Virus record (IMG/VR): IMGVR_UViG_3300036715_002535
Coordinates: 32,001-96,000 of that record
Direction: 5' to 3' (one strand)
Length of the DNA: 64,000 nucleotides
Origin: a virus
The notes under the pieces were generated by a model, which saw only the letters and a program-made list of their open reading frames with translations, did not search any database and had not been told where the DNA came from. Positions 19,950 through 30,745 of this stretch are shown here, one piece after another. How positions within the stretch are numbered: position 1 is the stretch's first letter; every line of letters starts with the position of its first letter. The position numbers were made by a program, and so were the translations under genes.

Positions 19950-20441
19950 ATGGTAACCGTCACCGATAAAGAAAAAGCACTGGATCACTTCGATGAGTCG
20001 GATCTTTTCATTTCGATTCTCGATCCTGGTTTCAAGAAGTTTCCTCTCAAAGGATCTAAGGAGAAGCACTTTATTGCTCGATTCGAGGATACAGAACATC
20101 CCTCCGAACTAGAATGGATGAAGATGAACCGAGAGGTTCGATCAATTCTCTCATGGGTTCAACATAAGAAACCTTCTGTCGATACGAAAATTCTTGTACA
20201 TTGTCACGCTGGGGTTTCAAGATCATCCGCAATTGCGTGGCTAATCCTTATCATGCAGGGAAGAGAACCTCTTGAAGCCTTCCAATCTCTTTTCAAATCG
20301 AGATCTCAAATTTGGCCGAACTTAGTTGTGCTGGGTATAGGTTCCAAATTCCTGAACCTCGATCCCGGTTTCATGAAGCTCGCAATTCAGATCGATGAAG
20401 AAATTCGTGAAGGACGTGGTCAACTATTTGGATACTGCTGA
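19950..20441 (+). CDS. Tyrosine/dual-specificity phosphatase-like protein
   Basis: ILVHCHAGVSRSSA (CX5R), FED loop, WPN motif. Confidence 0.85.
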   Translation: MVTVTDKEKALDHFDESDLFISILDPGFKKFPLKGSKEKHFIARFEDTEHPSELEWMKMNREVRSILSWVQHKKPSVDTKILVHCHAGVSRSSAIAWLILIMQGREPLEAFQSLFKSRSQIWPNLVVLGIGSKFLNLDPGFMKLAIQIDEEIREGRGQLFGYC

Positions 20442-20469
20442 AGATTTCGGTTCAAAAATTTGGTAAACC

Positions 20470-20500
20470 ACCTTGACAATTTAATTGTCAAGGGTATATT
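20470..20500 (+). promoter_or_regulatory. Class I palindromic promoter copy
   Basis: ACCTTGAC-aatttaatt-GTCAAGGG-TATATT. Confidence 0.9.
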
Positions 20501-20520
20501 TTAAAGCCTGGAGGTAATCC

Positions 20521-20763
20521 ATGGCGCTACCAGTTGTTACCCGCCCTCGTCAGTCCGTTGCCTTACCGGACAACAGCCAGTACACCAACCGTTTCGAGAT
20601 CCGCTCTGAGACTTCGAACCGGGTGTACCTCGTGGCGCAGCACAAAACCTCCCGTTGGTGGAGCTGCTCCTGCCCCGGTTGGATCCGGTTCCGCAAGTGC
20701 AAGCACCTCGCCGCCATTGGTCTTCCCGCCCAGCAGCGCCCCTACGAAGTGACGATGCGATGA
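20521..20763 (+). CDS. SWIM zinc-finger protein
   Basis: WSCSCPGW....CKHL. Confidence 0.8.
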   Translation: MALPVVTRPRQSVALPDNSQYTNRFEIRSETSNRVYLVAQHKTSRWWSCSCPGWIRFRKCKHLAAIGLPAQQRPYEVTMR

Positions 20764-20807
20764 ACTTTCTTCACTCCCCAATCCGCAGTTCAACAAGAGG
20801 AAGTAAC

Positions 20808-21143
20808 ATGAAAATCCCCGACGCCATCCGAACCCAGCACGATGCCATCATGAGCGTGAAACCCATCAGCTACCGCGGCTTCACCCTCAAGCCCCTGAGC
20901 CACATCAATCAGCCGCACTGGATCGAAGGCAAGTTCGTCTACTGGGGCTGGAACGTCTGCGATGCTTCCGGCTTCGTCAACATGGGACCTGGCTGTACCT
21001 GGGGTCGGACCATCGAGCAGGCCATGGAGATCGCTGACTGCATCCTGGAAGCCGGCACCCATCCCACCGCGTACGAAGAACTGGATTCCTGGAACCGTCG
21101 TTTCTGGACCCTCATGCGCAACCCTTCTCTTCGGGCAGTCTAA
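20808..21143 (+). CDS. hypothetical protein
   Basis: GAGGA RBS, ATG 20808. Confidence 0.6.
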   Translation: MKIPDAIRTQHDAIMSVKPISYRGFTLKPLSHINQPHWIEGKFVYWGWNVCDASGFVNMGPGCTWGRTIEQAMEIADCILEAGTHPTAYEELDSWNRRFWTLMRNPSLRAV

Positions 21144-21490
21144 TGGCTACCAAGAGCTGCTTCGCCGATCTGTTCGCCCAGTACAAGACCTACGATCCCA
21201 AGACGGAGGGTTACGGTAACGCCTCTGAGTGGTCCGAGACCTTTTATGAGCGGATGGGGTTCGAAGAGGCGGAAGAGATCCTGTTCCAGAACGATGGCAC
21301 TCCTCGCGGTATCCTGGGTGTGGGTCCGAAAGCGACCTGGCCTGAGATCAAGAAGGCTTTCCGCGCTCGGGTGATGGAAGTCCACCCTGACCGCTGCGCC
21401 ATCACCGGCCTGGATCCCAAGAAGGCATCTGATGAGTTCAAGAAGGTCACCGCGGCATTCACCATTCTCCAGAGGGAGTTCAAGAAATGA
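21143..21490 (+). CDS. DnaJ-domain protein
   Basis: ILGV...A...EIKKAFR.....HPDR...EFKKVTAAF. Confidence 0.85.
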   Translation: MATKSCFADLFAQYKTYDPKTEGYGNASEWSETFYERMGFEEAEEILFQNDGTPRGILGVGPKATWPEIKKAFRARVMEVHPDRCAITGLDPKKASDEFKKVTAAFTILQREFKK

Positions 21491-21926
21491 CGCACCCAAG
21501 CCATGACAGTACTTCCCAATACCCTCTGGAAAGACAAAGTGACCGGACGAATTGTCAGGGTTACTAAAGTCTACGTTCATACGTGGAACCGCTCTTCCTA
21601 CGTACAGATGTTCAACCTCACCTCCAAACGTTCCAGTGCAAAACGGTACGATTGGTTCATCAAGGAATTCGAGGAGTACCATGATCGACCCACAGACGAT
21701 GTCAGTGCAGGACTATCCTCAAGTCAAGGCTGAGCCCAAGAAGCACTTCCTGAACTTCTGCTTCTTGTTATACCATCCCTGGACTAAATGGACTTCACCC
21801 ATTCCGCGTACCTGGGGACACGACGATCCGTTCACCGGCCAGAAGGCATCAAGTGCTGTGTATCCCACCCAATTCCGGATGTGCCCTAATTGTGGCAAGC
21901 AACAAGCTCGGAAGGTTCGCTAACCA

Positions 21927-21957
21927 TCCTTGACATTTTAATTGTCAAGGGTATATT
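21927..21957 (+). promoter_or_regulatory. Class I palindromic promoter copy
   Basis: TCCTTGAC-attttaatt-GTCAAGGG-TATATT. Confidence 0.9.
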
Positions 21958-21962
21958 GGTAA

Positions 21963-22340
21963 GTGGGAGTTATCTTGAGCGAGCAAACGAGAACGAAGAT
22001 TCTTCATACCCACGACCAACGGTTCGGCGGCTATCCAACCTACTGGAAGATCTACTTCAAGCTATGGGGAAAGATCTTCGACATCCCTTGGGAGACCCCT
22101 TGGAAGATGGCGAGGGTCCATTCCATCGTCGGTACGATCCTGAAGACTCCCTGGTGGCTGCTTATCAAGCCGCTGGGATGTCTATTCAAGCAACGAACGG
22201 TTCGTGATGGTGAGCACCTGAAGCTCGATGGCAAGCTCACCTCGTGGGACATTCGCAAGACCATTACCTGGTTCCTGGTAGGAATACCAGTAATGTGGTA
22301 TCGCTCGAAGATGACCGAGAAGGAGCTTGCGGAGCTATGA
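21963..22340 (+). CDS. hypothetical protein
   Basis: After promoter; start may be TTG 21975. Confidence 0.55.
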   Translation: MGVILSEQTRTKILHTHDQRFGGYPTYWKIYFKLWGKIFDIPWETPWKMARVHSIVGTILKTPWWLLIKPLGCLFKQRTVRDGEHLKLDGKLTSWDIRKTITWFLVGIPVMWYRSKMTEKELAEL

Positions 22341-22591
22341 AATGGTTCGTGTACTTGGCTCGATGTGCTGATGGAAGCATCTACTGCGGCATCTCGAATG
22401 ATGTACCAGCCAGGATTGAAACGCACAATAAGGGTAAGGGAGCAAAATACACAAGAGCCCGGCTCCCCATTGAGTTAGTGTGGACGGAAGAACATCCGGA
22501 TAAGATTGCAGCGATGCAAAGGGAATACGTAGTTAAGAATCTCACAAGAATCAAGAAATTAGAGATGATTAATGAAAAAGCCCTTTCCTAG
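22337..22591 (+). CDS. GIY-YIG nuclease (YhbQ/UPF0213-like)
   Basis: WFVYLARCADGSIYCG...R...HN.GKGAKYTR.R.P...E. Confidence 0.88.
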   Translation: MKWFVYLARCADGSIYCGISNDVPARIETHNKGKGAKYTRARLPIELVWTEEHPDKIAAMQREYVVKNLTRIKKLEMINEKALS

Positions 22592-22863
22592 AACCGTGAG
22601 TAGAGAAAATGAAAGAAGGTGAGAAATGATCACAATGAACCTGAACGACACCATCTGGGTCAAGCCCACCAAGCATGGTCTGGAAGTCTACGTGAAGTAT
22701 TGGGAGAATCAGGGTGTCAAAAATCCTTGTCCTCTTAAAGTGGACTTCGAAGGTTGGGCGAAGATGCAGCTTTGGGAAGTGATGCAGACCTTCGGCCATG
22801 CAATGTACAATGGCGGTAAGGTTCCAATCGAAACCGAAATTCGTCTTACGAATGTGTACTGAC

Positions 22864-23237
22864 ATGCTAGACATCGGAAGACTCCTCGATGAAGTTCCTA
22901 CCCGGAATATGCCTGCAAGTACTGTGGACGTATTCGTAAAGATCGAACTACGAACTGCCTTTCATGTGGCGGACACCTAGCAGAGCTCTCAGAACCCTTC
23001 ATCAAGTCCCCGGAACCCTTTTCCGTCTACAAGTACACGACGGTCTTTGGTGGGGATGGCAAGAAGGACTACCAGCTCTTTCACAATCTCAATACCTTCA
23101 ATCTCCATTGGCAGATGAACTGTGAAGATGGTTCGATCGCAATCGTGGATCATTCCATGGACAAAGTCGATATGAATTCAGTCAGCCTCCACTTTGCCGA
23201 GCCACCTCCCAGACTGAAGATTCTTCTGTTCGGCTAA
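22864..23237 (+). pseudogene. Frameshifted zinc-ribbon gene
   Basis: ATG 22864 MLDIGRLLDEVPT needs one extra base near 22901 to join open frame PEYACKYCG...CLSCGG...LLFG ending TAA 23237. Confidence 0.45.
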
Positions 23238-23697
23238 AAAAACGGGTTGGATCTGGATGGAGGACTGATGGCCTGTGATAAGAGATGTTTGCAATTGCAA
23301 ATCTCACCTCCAGGACTTCCACCATTGCACAACAGTAGAAGGAAGAAAACCTTCCGAATGCTTTTGCGCGGATCCCAGAGGGTGGATCTGTACAACGGAT
23401 GGTTCCAGAGCACACTCCGGTTGGAGTGAACATGGTGAATGCGAACTCCACGATTGGAAGGGGAAGGTATGAGCTCTCGCAAGGATCTTCAGAAGACCAA
23501 GAACCGTCGTAAACGTGGAACTTCTTGGTTCCGTAAGCACTACATAGTCGTCAAGAATCTCACGACACTGTCCTACGAAATCTCACGAAAAGATAATATT
23601 TTCACCCTCAAAAACCAGATGGGTGAAGTGACCTACACCACCACCGGACGAGCTCCTAGTCATCCGGAACTCCAGAATATCAAACCAGGAGAGTAAC

Positions 23698-24366
23698 TTG
23701 GCAAAGGCAGTCGTTATCCTATCCGGCGGAATGGACTCAGTCGTTCTAGCCTACTTCCTCAAGAACCAAGGCTACGAACTCAGTTGCCTGTCGTTCAACT
23801 ACGGTCAGCGCCACGCGAAGGAACTCGGGTTCGCGGAGCAGTGCGCGAAGGATGTCCGGTCCCCTTGGCACCTGGTCGATCTCAGCACCATCCAGGGTCT
23901 TCTGCCTGGTTCATCTCTCACTGACAGCTCGATCGAGGTTCCCGAAGGGCACTTCGAAGCGGAGATCATGAAGGCCACGGTAGTGCCCAATCGGAATGCG
24001 ATCATGCTTTCGATTGCGTGGGGCCACGCAGTTGCCATCGGAGCGGATGTGGTAGCCTTTGGCGCTCACGCGGGTGACCATGCTATCTACCCTGATTGCC
24101 GTCCAGAGTTCTGGGAGAAGATCGAAGCCGGGTTCAAGTCTGGCAACGAGGGCTTTGGCAATCCAGAACTTCGACTGTACCCACCTTTCATCAAGATCAC
24201 CAAGGCGGATATCACCAAGCGTGGGTACGATCTGGGTGTCAACTACGCGTACACCTGGAGCTGCTACAAGGGTGGGGAGAAGCACTGTGGCAAGTGTGGA
24301 ACTTGCGTGGAGCGGAAGGAAGCCTTCGAGCTGGCAGGTGTTCCTGACCCAACGGTGTACGAATGA
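23698..24366 (+). CDS. queC: 7-cyano-7-deazaguanine synthase
   Basis: LSGGMDS, YGQRH, VPNRNAI, YPDCR, TWSCY...HCGKCGTC.ER. Confidence 0.95.
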   Translation: MAKAVVILSGGMDSVVLAYFLKNQGYELSCLSFNYGQRHAKELGFAEQCAKDVRSPWHLVDLSTIQGLLPGSSLTDSSIEVPEGHFEAEIMKATVVPNRNAIMLSIAWGHAVAIGADVVAFGAHAGDHAIYPDCRPEFWEKIEAGFKSGNEGFGNPELRLYPPFIKITKADITKRGYDLGVNYAYTWSCYKGGEKHCGKCGTCVERKEAFELAGVPDPTVYE

Positions 24367-24722
24367 TCCTGAAGATCCTGGTCGCAACAGATCTGATCTT
24401 GGTTCTATTGTTCCTTCTCTTCATGGTGGTGGCTTCCCTTTCACCTAAGATGCGTGCTGAGCAAGCGGACTTCAGCCTCAAAGGTCGTAAGGACTATCGA
24501 CTAGCAAGACAGTTGCTGACTGCGTTCCTCCCTTGGGTTATGATCGGTACCCTGATCAGGGTCGCTGGAATTGCTCAAGCCAAACACCCAAGGTTCGTAG
24601 TTCCTCTCTATATTGCAGATGTTCTGATATCCATCTTGGTTCTATGCTGCTTGCTCTGGTCAATCTACTGCATCTACTACAACGCCAACCTTCGGATGAA
24701 GCATGCCACCGGTCCTAGTTAA
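24363..24722 (+). CDS. hypothetical membrane protein
   Basis: Three hydrophobic segments; ATGA overlap with queC. Confidence 0.6.
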   Translation: MILKILVATDLILVLLFLLFMVVASLSPKMRAEQADFSLKGRKDYRLARQLLTAFLPWVMIGTLIRVAGIAQAKHPRFVVPLYIADVLISILVLCCLLWSIYCIYYNANLRMKHATGPS

Positions 24723-25168
24723 GTACATCGCAGTAGAAGACTATCAGGACGACATTGGTAACGGGGACTACCTCGATGCGGCAGAGTTCGATGAACTTGC
24801 CGCAGCAAAGGCTTACGCGAATGCAAATTCAAAGGTCACTCACCTCGATGCGATCAAAGTAGATGGTTGTCGCATCTACTACTGGAAGATCATCTGATGG
24901 GTAGAATGTACATGTGCGAGACCCACTCCTACGGTGGAAACCTTCCGTGCCCACTGTGCGCCCAACCCGTACACGTACCGTACATTCCCTACCAGCAGAA
25001 CATTCTCCCAGATCCACGTATCAGTGAGTTCGAGGATCTGTTCAATCAGATTAAGGATCGTCACAAACCCTACTGCTACATCTGCAAACGTTATGTGGAA
25101 GATGTCGAAAATGGTAAAGTAATTTACCCTGGAATGTCCCACGCGGAAGATTGCCTACTCAAGAAGTG

Positions 25169-25192
25169 CCCTTGACATTTTAATTGTATATT
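25169..25192 (+). promoter_or_regulatory. Class I promoter copy with internal 7-nt deletion
   Basis: CCCTTGAC-attttaatt-G-TATATT; TCAAGGG missing. Confidence 0.6.
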
Positions 25193-25200
25193 GGACTTCT

Positions 25201-25941
25201 ATGAAACTTGGTTACTGCAGCGATGTTCACCTTGAACATCTGGACTCCATCAAACAGGTCCAGGAATATCTTCTTGCCTTGAAGCCAGAAGAGAAGCTGG
25301 ACGTGATGGTGTTCGCTGGTGACATCTGTAACATGATGGAGAAGCGTACCCTCTCTGCCATCATCAAGATCATCAAGATCTTCGCAACAACGGTCATCTA
25401 TGTAGATGGGAATCACGAATGGTATGGAACCAGTTCGGACTTGGATCGTTCAGTACATCTTCGACACCTCCAGAACCTTGGAGTTGTAGTTCTTTCTCGT
25501 TTCACGCAACCCGAGGTTACAATCTGTGGCCAGCATTTCTGTGGCACGATGTTCTGGTATCCCTGCAACGACCGGACACGGCTCGCGGTAGAAACCTGGT
25601 CCGACAATCGTGCTATCGACAGTTTCAAGAAATGGTGGCCGGGTGAGTACGAGATCGAACTGAAGATCTTGAACCGGATCGTCACAGACCAAAGTATTGT
25701 GGTGACCCACTGTCTTCCCTGCTGGGAAGCGATCCACCCAACCAAGGTTGCGAAACCTGACAACCACTTCTTCGTATCCCCTGCAATTGACATCATCCAG
25801 TGGAACGAACCCAAGGCGTGGATCTATGGGCACGCTCATACTCCCAACGAACAGACCGTCTTCAAAACGAATCTCCTGAGCAATCCCTTGGGGTACCCGA
25901 GCGAAGGGCAGGAAAGAAAGATCAAGGTGATTGAGCTATGA
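25201..25941 (+). CDS. Calcineurin-like metallophosphoesterase
   Basis: SDVHLE, AGDI, GNHE, VVTH, GHAH, NPLGYP motifs. Confidence 0.88.
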   Translation: MKLGYCSDVHLEHLDSIKQVQEYLLALKPEEKLDVMVFAGDICNMMEKRTLSAIIKIIKIFATTVIYVDGNHEWYGTSSDLDRSVHLRHLQNLGVVVLSRFTQPEVTICGQHFCGTMFWYPCNDRTRLAVETWSDNRAIDSFKKWWPGEYEIELKILNRIVTDQSIVVTHCLPCWEAIHPTKVAKPDNHFFVSPAIDIIQWNEPKAWIYGHAHTPNEQTVFKTNLLSNPLGYPSEGQERKIKVIEL

Positions 25942-26140
25942 AGAAGTTCAAGACCTTCGAACGATGGAGAGTATTCTCATTCAGGCCCTGAAGAATTCCG
26001 GTTGCCAAGGATCGACCGCGTCAAGAGTCTTTCGTGATGGATCTCAAATACTCCCCTCTGGATGCGAAGTATACCTTCATGTCCATGTCAGTAGTCCACA
26101 ATCCGAAAAATCTCAAGTAGAATTAAAGCTGGGGGTATTC

Positions 26141-26530
26141 ATGGCTTTTATAGATTGGAATGACCGTTTTAGTGTAGGTCATGCTGAGATCGACAAACAG
26201 CACAAGAAACTCTTTAAGCTGGTCAACAACGTAGCTGACCTGGTGAAGATGGGAATTACTCCGGAACTGAAGAAAATTATCGCGGATCTTACCTCGTACA
26301 CCCTGGAGCACTTTCGTTTCGAAGAAAAGGTCATGCGGGATTCCGGCTACAAGGATCTCGCATCGCACATAAAGAAGCATGAAGATCTTGTCAAGGAAGT
26401 CTCGGCCCTACAGCTCAAACTCAAAGCCGGTGAGCGTGTGAGCATGATGTCCGTAACAAGATTCCTAGCGGATTGGCTGACGAACCACATCATGAAAGAA
26501 GATATGGAGTACAAGCCTTTCCTGAAATAG
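26141..26530 (+). CDS. Bacteriohemerythrin
   Basis: W...F.VGH.EID.QH, HF.FEE, H...H, WL.NHI..ED; true start ATG 26141. Confidence 0.9.
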   Translation: MAFIDWNDRFSVGHAEIDKQHKKLFKLVNNVADLVKMGITPELKKIIADLTSYTLEHFRFEEKVMRDSGYKDLASHIKKHEDLVKEVSALQLKLKAGERVSMMSVTRFLADWLTNHIMKEDMEYKPFLK

Positions 26531-26558
26531 CCTCAGAAATCCAGGATTTCCAAATCTA

Positions 26559-26589
26559 CCCTTGACATTTTAATGGTCAAGGGTATATT
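26559..26589 (+). promoter_or_regulatory. Class I palindromic promoter copy
   Basis: CCCTTGAC-attttaatg-GTCAAGGG-TATATT. Confidence 0.9.
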
Positions 26590-26814
26590 TTTAATCCTGG
26601 GAGTTAGTAATGAAAGCACTGAAGATCGAAAACGAAAAGTATTTCTTTGAGGTGGATGACTACGGTCTATTTTGCATGGATTCTAAAGGTGTAGTGTGCC
26701 CTGAGGAATCTGGCTTCCACGGTAGCATCCATAATCAATCAGATCGAATTGAACTGGCCCGCTTCCTCGCGGATGTTTCGTGTGCCTTGGCAACTCCTAA
26801 GAAGGGGAAATTAA

Positions 26815-27495
26815 ATGTCTAACGATCGCGTTTTCGAATCGCACCCCTCGTACGGGATGATGGGTTTCTTTCGTACTCAGTCAAGCGGTCGTGGACCTCG
26901 GCTGTTCCAGTCGCATACCGACAACAGCACCTTCATTCACCTGGTCATCAAGCAAGCCGAGGTGAGCCACTATCTCGGTCGAGACCGGGTCCACGGCAAG
27001 GAAGTGGTCGTGGACGTGGCTCTGTCGGCTTCTCAGTTCGCAGAGCTGCTCACCACCATGAACATGGGTGATGGAGTTCCCTGCACTATCACGAATATTG
27101 GTGGGAAGTCCATTCCGAATCCCCCGACCAGCGCTTCAGTGGCTGCGAAGGTTCGTTCCAACTTCCGTAAGGAAGTGCGGACCCAGATGGAAGGTCTGGA
27201 AAGTCTTCAGACCGAGATCGCTTCGATCTTGAGCAAGCCCAACATCCTGAAGACCGACAAGGAAAAGATCTCTTCGAAGATGACGGAGTTGATAAACCTG
27301 TTCAGCTCTCACGCTCCCTTCATGCTGGATTCGTTCGAGGAGGCTACGGAGAAGGTTGTCTCTTCTGGCAAGGCAGAGTTTGATGCCTTCCTGACTCACG
27401 CCATCAACAAGGCCGGTTTGGAAGCCTTCAAGAACAATGCTCCTTCCCTGGCCATGGATGTGGAACCCATTCAGACCCTCGAGGAGAAGAAGTGA
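26815..27495 (+). CDS. hypothetical phage protein
   Basis: 226-aa ORF, HPSYG...S.SQFAELLT.MN.GDGVPCTI. Confidence 0.7.
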   Translation: MSNDRVFESHPSYGMMGFFRTQSSGRGPRLFQSHTDNSTFIHLVIKQAEVSHYLGRDRVHGKEVVVDVALSASQFAELLTTMNMGDGVPCTITNIGGKSIPNPPTSASVAAKVRSNFRKEVRTQMEGLESLQTEIASILSKPNILKTDKEKISSKMTELINLFSSHAPFMLDSFEEATEKVVSSGKAEFDAFLTHAINKAGLEAFKNNAPSLAMDVEPIQTLEEKK

Positions 27496-27973
27496 AGTGG
27501 TCTGTCTACTACCGAACACCAATTTCTTGGGGTTACATAGATGTCGTGGCCAGCTCGAAAGAAGCTGCCGAGGCTGAAGCCCTCAAGAAGAATCCCATGA
27601 TCATCTACTCCAAGGCGTCTGAAGTATGAGGTTTCCAGTTGGGTGATCTATTCAATGCCGAACGAGGAGAAGGTCTCCTCATGAAAGTGGTTCGAAGCTT
27701 GATTGCGCTTTGCATCGCGATTTCTTTTGCAGGGGTGATGTCCTGCGTCCATTCTACTTTGGGGTTTCAATAATGCTTATCGAATCTCGCTTCGAACACA
27801 ACCTTCCGGTAGGTCAGTGGAAGATGCTTCGCAAACAGTTCTGTCACAATAATCCCAGGGTGACCGTTCGTATTGGGAGACGGTACGTCAATGTCTACGC
27901 GGACAACTTCGAAGCCTGCGAGGTTATGACCAATCTGATTCTGACTGCGCTTGCAGACTACACGAGGTAACAA

Positions 27974-28309
27974 ATGAGAGATCTGGAATTCGAACTGAAC
28001 ATGGACCTCGTACGGCAGCGCGGGCTGACGGAGAAGGAGGTTCTTCATCTCTACGATCTGCACGAGGTTCGCGAGGAGCTATTCGAGCGCTTCGAGGCCA
28101 CAGCCGATCGGGAAGAGCTACGGGAGTTGGTCAACAAGCTGGAGACCCTCGAGTTCGAGATGCAGGTCGCGTGGAGGTTCCCAGTGGACCGCAACTTCCA
28201 CACCTGGTGGTACCGAGCGCCCAAGTGCCAGTGCCCTCAGATGGACAACATCGACGCCTTCGGCTCTGAACGCATCATCAACAAGCAGTGCCCTCTTCAC
28301 GGGGATTGA
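27974..28309 (+). CDS. hypothetical phage protein (C-terminal CxC...CPLH)
   Basis: GAGG RBS; WWY..PKCQCP..DN...CPLHG. Confidence 0.65.
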   Translation: MRDLEFELNMDLVRQRGLTEKEVLHLYDLHEVREELFERFEATADREELRELVNKLETLEFEMQVAWRFPVDRNFHTWWYRAPKCQCPQMDNIDAFGSERIINKQCPLHGD

Positions 28310-29041
28310 AATGGAAATCGTTCGACCCACATCTGACGACATCCAACGCGGTTGGGTCACCATGCCAGATGGCATCCACGCCTTCATTACCAGCGCCAGG
28401 GTGAAGTTCGATCGTTCGCAGAACACCTTCTGCAAGGAATGTGACTGCTACACCCTCCCGATCACTGCCATCTTCGAGAATGCTGACGGTACTGTGAATC
28501 CTCTCAACGGACGGTGAAGGTATGACCAAGAAACTTAACAACGATGTCATCGTCTACGTGAATGGAGTCATCTACAAACCCAGCGAGAACTACGCCTACC
28601 AGCTAATCTGTACGAAGACTAGTGGGTGGGAGCTATTCACCCTGAAGGAGCTCAAGCACCTCGTGCGGCTCCTCGAACCCCTGGAAGAAGCTGGCACACT
28701 CAACGTCCCCGGCCTCGCGACCCTGAACGGCGCACGGAAGGCCATCACCGAGGCGGAGGCCAAGTAACTATGGCAAAATTGAAGTACATCAACTTCGAAC
28801 ACATCGGTCTGGTCATTTTCGAGACGGCCATCGGCCACGATACCATGAAGCAGCTCGTTGGTCATACTGCCATCTCCGCGGGTTTCTGCCAGTTCCCTCA
28901 TAAGGATGAATGCGGAAACGAAGCCTCGTGCTTTGGAGAATCTGTTTCCCTGAAACTCAAAGCAACAGACGAGGATACCAAGCTCCTCCAAAGGCGCCTC
29001 AACCCTTACGGTTGGTAGGAATTTCGGGTTTCCATTAAGAG

Positions 29042-29626
29042 GTGTTTATGGTCTGGCTGGAGCACGCATTCGATCTCGAAGATGCGAAGAAGAAGTTCTT
29101 CGAAGCTCGGGAAGCATACATCAAGGCCAAGGACTCTCCGGTCAACAAGCCCAACTACGTGCTGGATCTTCAGGAAACCGAAGAGAAGATGAAGCTGCAG
29201 TACGAAGAACTGCAGAAGTGGAAGAACAAGAAACCCCTGACCTTTGATGTCCTGGGTCAGCTTCGACAGAATGCCCTTTCGCACCCAGATCCCAAGGTTC
29301 GAGCCAACTGTCAGATGGCAATGGCAAGTGTGGCACAAGAAATTCTGAAGTCCAAGCCTCAGAGCTTCCAGGACGCAATCAAGATCCGAACCGACATCGG
29401 AATGCTTCACCTGATGAACCTGGGCAAGACCTGGGAAGAGATCGAAGCCAGTGCAACCGAACCGAAAGACAAGATCCTCATATTCATACGTAACTTCATC
29501 GTGAAATGTTCGGAGGAGTTCAAGAAGGACGATCCGAACTTCGAACTGACACCTCCCCTTGAAATTGCAATCATCGAACGTATGGCAGCGGATCCAGAAC
29601 TACTTCAAATCACCCTCAATCGCTAA
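29042..29626 (+). CDS. hypothetical protein
   Basis: 194-aa ORF. Confidence 0.6.
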   Translation: MFMVWLEHAFDLEDAKKKFFEAREAYIKAKDSPVNKPNYVLDLQETEEKMKLQYEELQKWKNKKPLTFDVLGQLRQNALSHPDPKVRANCQMAMASVAQEILKSKPQSFQDAIKIRTDIGMLHLMNLGKTWEEIEASATEPKDKILIFIRNFIVKCSEEFKKDDPNFELTPPLEIAIIERMAADPELLQITLNR

Positions 29627-29637
29627 AGGAGCGGATC

Positions 29638-30015
29638 ATGAAGGTCTTTCTCATCATCCTCGGAGTGCTGGTTGCCCTCGTGGGTCTGCCCTGGCTGATC
29701 CAGGGAAACGACTTCTACCTCACCAAGATGTTCGCACCCAAGATGGAACAGGTCCGGTACGACACCTTCAAGCAGAGCAAGAGCCACATCGAAGGCAACA
29801 TAGATGATCTGCGCCAGGACTACCGCATCTGGATCAAGGGTGATGCCGAACAGCGTTCCATGATCCGGACCGGAGTGATCCAGAAGATGGACAAGATCGA
29901 CGAGAAGACCCTTCCGTCTGATCTGTACGAGTGGGTCCAGAAGCTCCGTCAGGAACCCACCGGTCTCGGCCAGATCAAGCCGAACCCGGTCAAGCCTCTT
30001 CAGAAGGTGCAGTAA
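29638..30015 (+). CDS. membrane-anchored hypothetical protein
   Basis: AAGGAG RBS; N-terminal TM helix. Confidence 0.7.
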   Translation: MKVFLIILGVLVALVGLPWLIQGNDFYLTKMFAPKMEQVRYDTFKQSKSHIEGNIDDLRQDYRIWIKGDAEQRSMIRTGVIQKMDKIDEKTLPSDLYEWVQKLRQEPTGLGQIKPNPVKPLQKVQ

Positions 30016-30527
30016 TGCGTAAGGCCATTCCCCTTCGTTGCCTCACCTTCCTCCTGATCTATGGACTGGGTGTTCTGACCATCGGCTGTACCCAAACGGC
30101 AGATTCAAAAGAGCGGGACATTCAAGAAGACATCCAGGCCCAGCTCTCAGCCAAGATGGGTCTCCCCTCGGTCAAGAATGGCGCCGAGATGCGTCTGATG
30201 AATCGCATCATCGAACAGCGGGATCAGAACAAGGCCACCTACACCTACGTGTGGTGCACCATGCAGGGCAAGTTCCGCTTCGTGGGCAATACGGTCGGCT
30301 TCCCAGTCCCCTATGCCACGCAGAGAACCAACCCCATGAAAGCCAGTAGCAATGGGTATGCGCTCCCTCAAGCCGACCCCAGTGGCCTGTTTTACCCGGC
30401 TAGCGCCGAAGGAACCTGGATTCTGATGAAGGATCCCAACGGTAAAGATGTTGATCCTCAGTACTTCGAGGAACGGATGAACACCCTCACCTTCAAACTG
30501 CCTCCCCGGCTTGTCATTCAGGACTGA
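30015..30527 (+). CDS. putative lipoprotein
   Basis: TAATG coupling; signal peptide ending LTIGC. Confidence 0.65.
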   Translation: MRKAIPLRCLTFLLIYGLGVLTIGCTQTADSKERDIQEDIQAQLSAKMGLPSVKNGAEMRLMNRIIEQRDQNKATYTYVWCTMQGKFRFVGNTVGFPVPYATQRTNPMKASSNGYALPQADPSGLFYPASAEGTWILMKDPNGKDVDPQYFEERMNTLTFKLPPRLVIQD

Positions 30528-30731
30528 TCCTGATGTCAAGAAGGTTCTGGACTTCAATCTGAATACCCCTGTCGAGCTAACTGAGGAAACGAAGTTGGTG
30601 GATCTGCAGATGGATAGTCTGGACGACTTGGAAATGGTCATGGCCCTCGAAGAGAGGTTCGACATTCAGGTAGACGATCGGGATATAGAGAAGTTCGGGA
30701 CGTAGTGAACTGTCTTGCAAAACTCACTTGA
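30511..30731 (+). pseudogene. Acyl carrier protein-like, apparently damaged
   Basis: DLQMDSLDDLEMVMALEERFDIQV (phosphopantetheine DSL motif); stops at FGT, last helix DVVNCLAKLT lies in another frame; weak start. Confidence 0.6.
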
Positions 30732-30745
30732 CAATTAAATTGTCA
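30725..30745 (+). promoter_or_regulatory. Truncated class I promoter copy
   Basis: CACTTGAC-aattaaatt-GTCA, then AGGGTATATT part missing. Confidence 0.5.

Noticed and set aside
22337-22591. GIY-YIG as a homing endonuclease or intron ORF
   Set aside because: Only 84 aa, stand-alone YhbQ-like, no DNA-binding tail and no interrupted host gene
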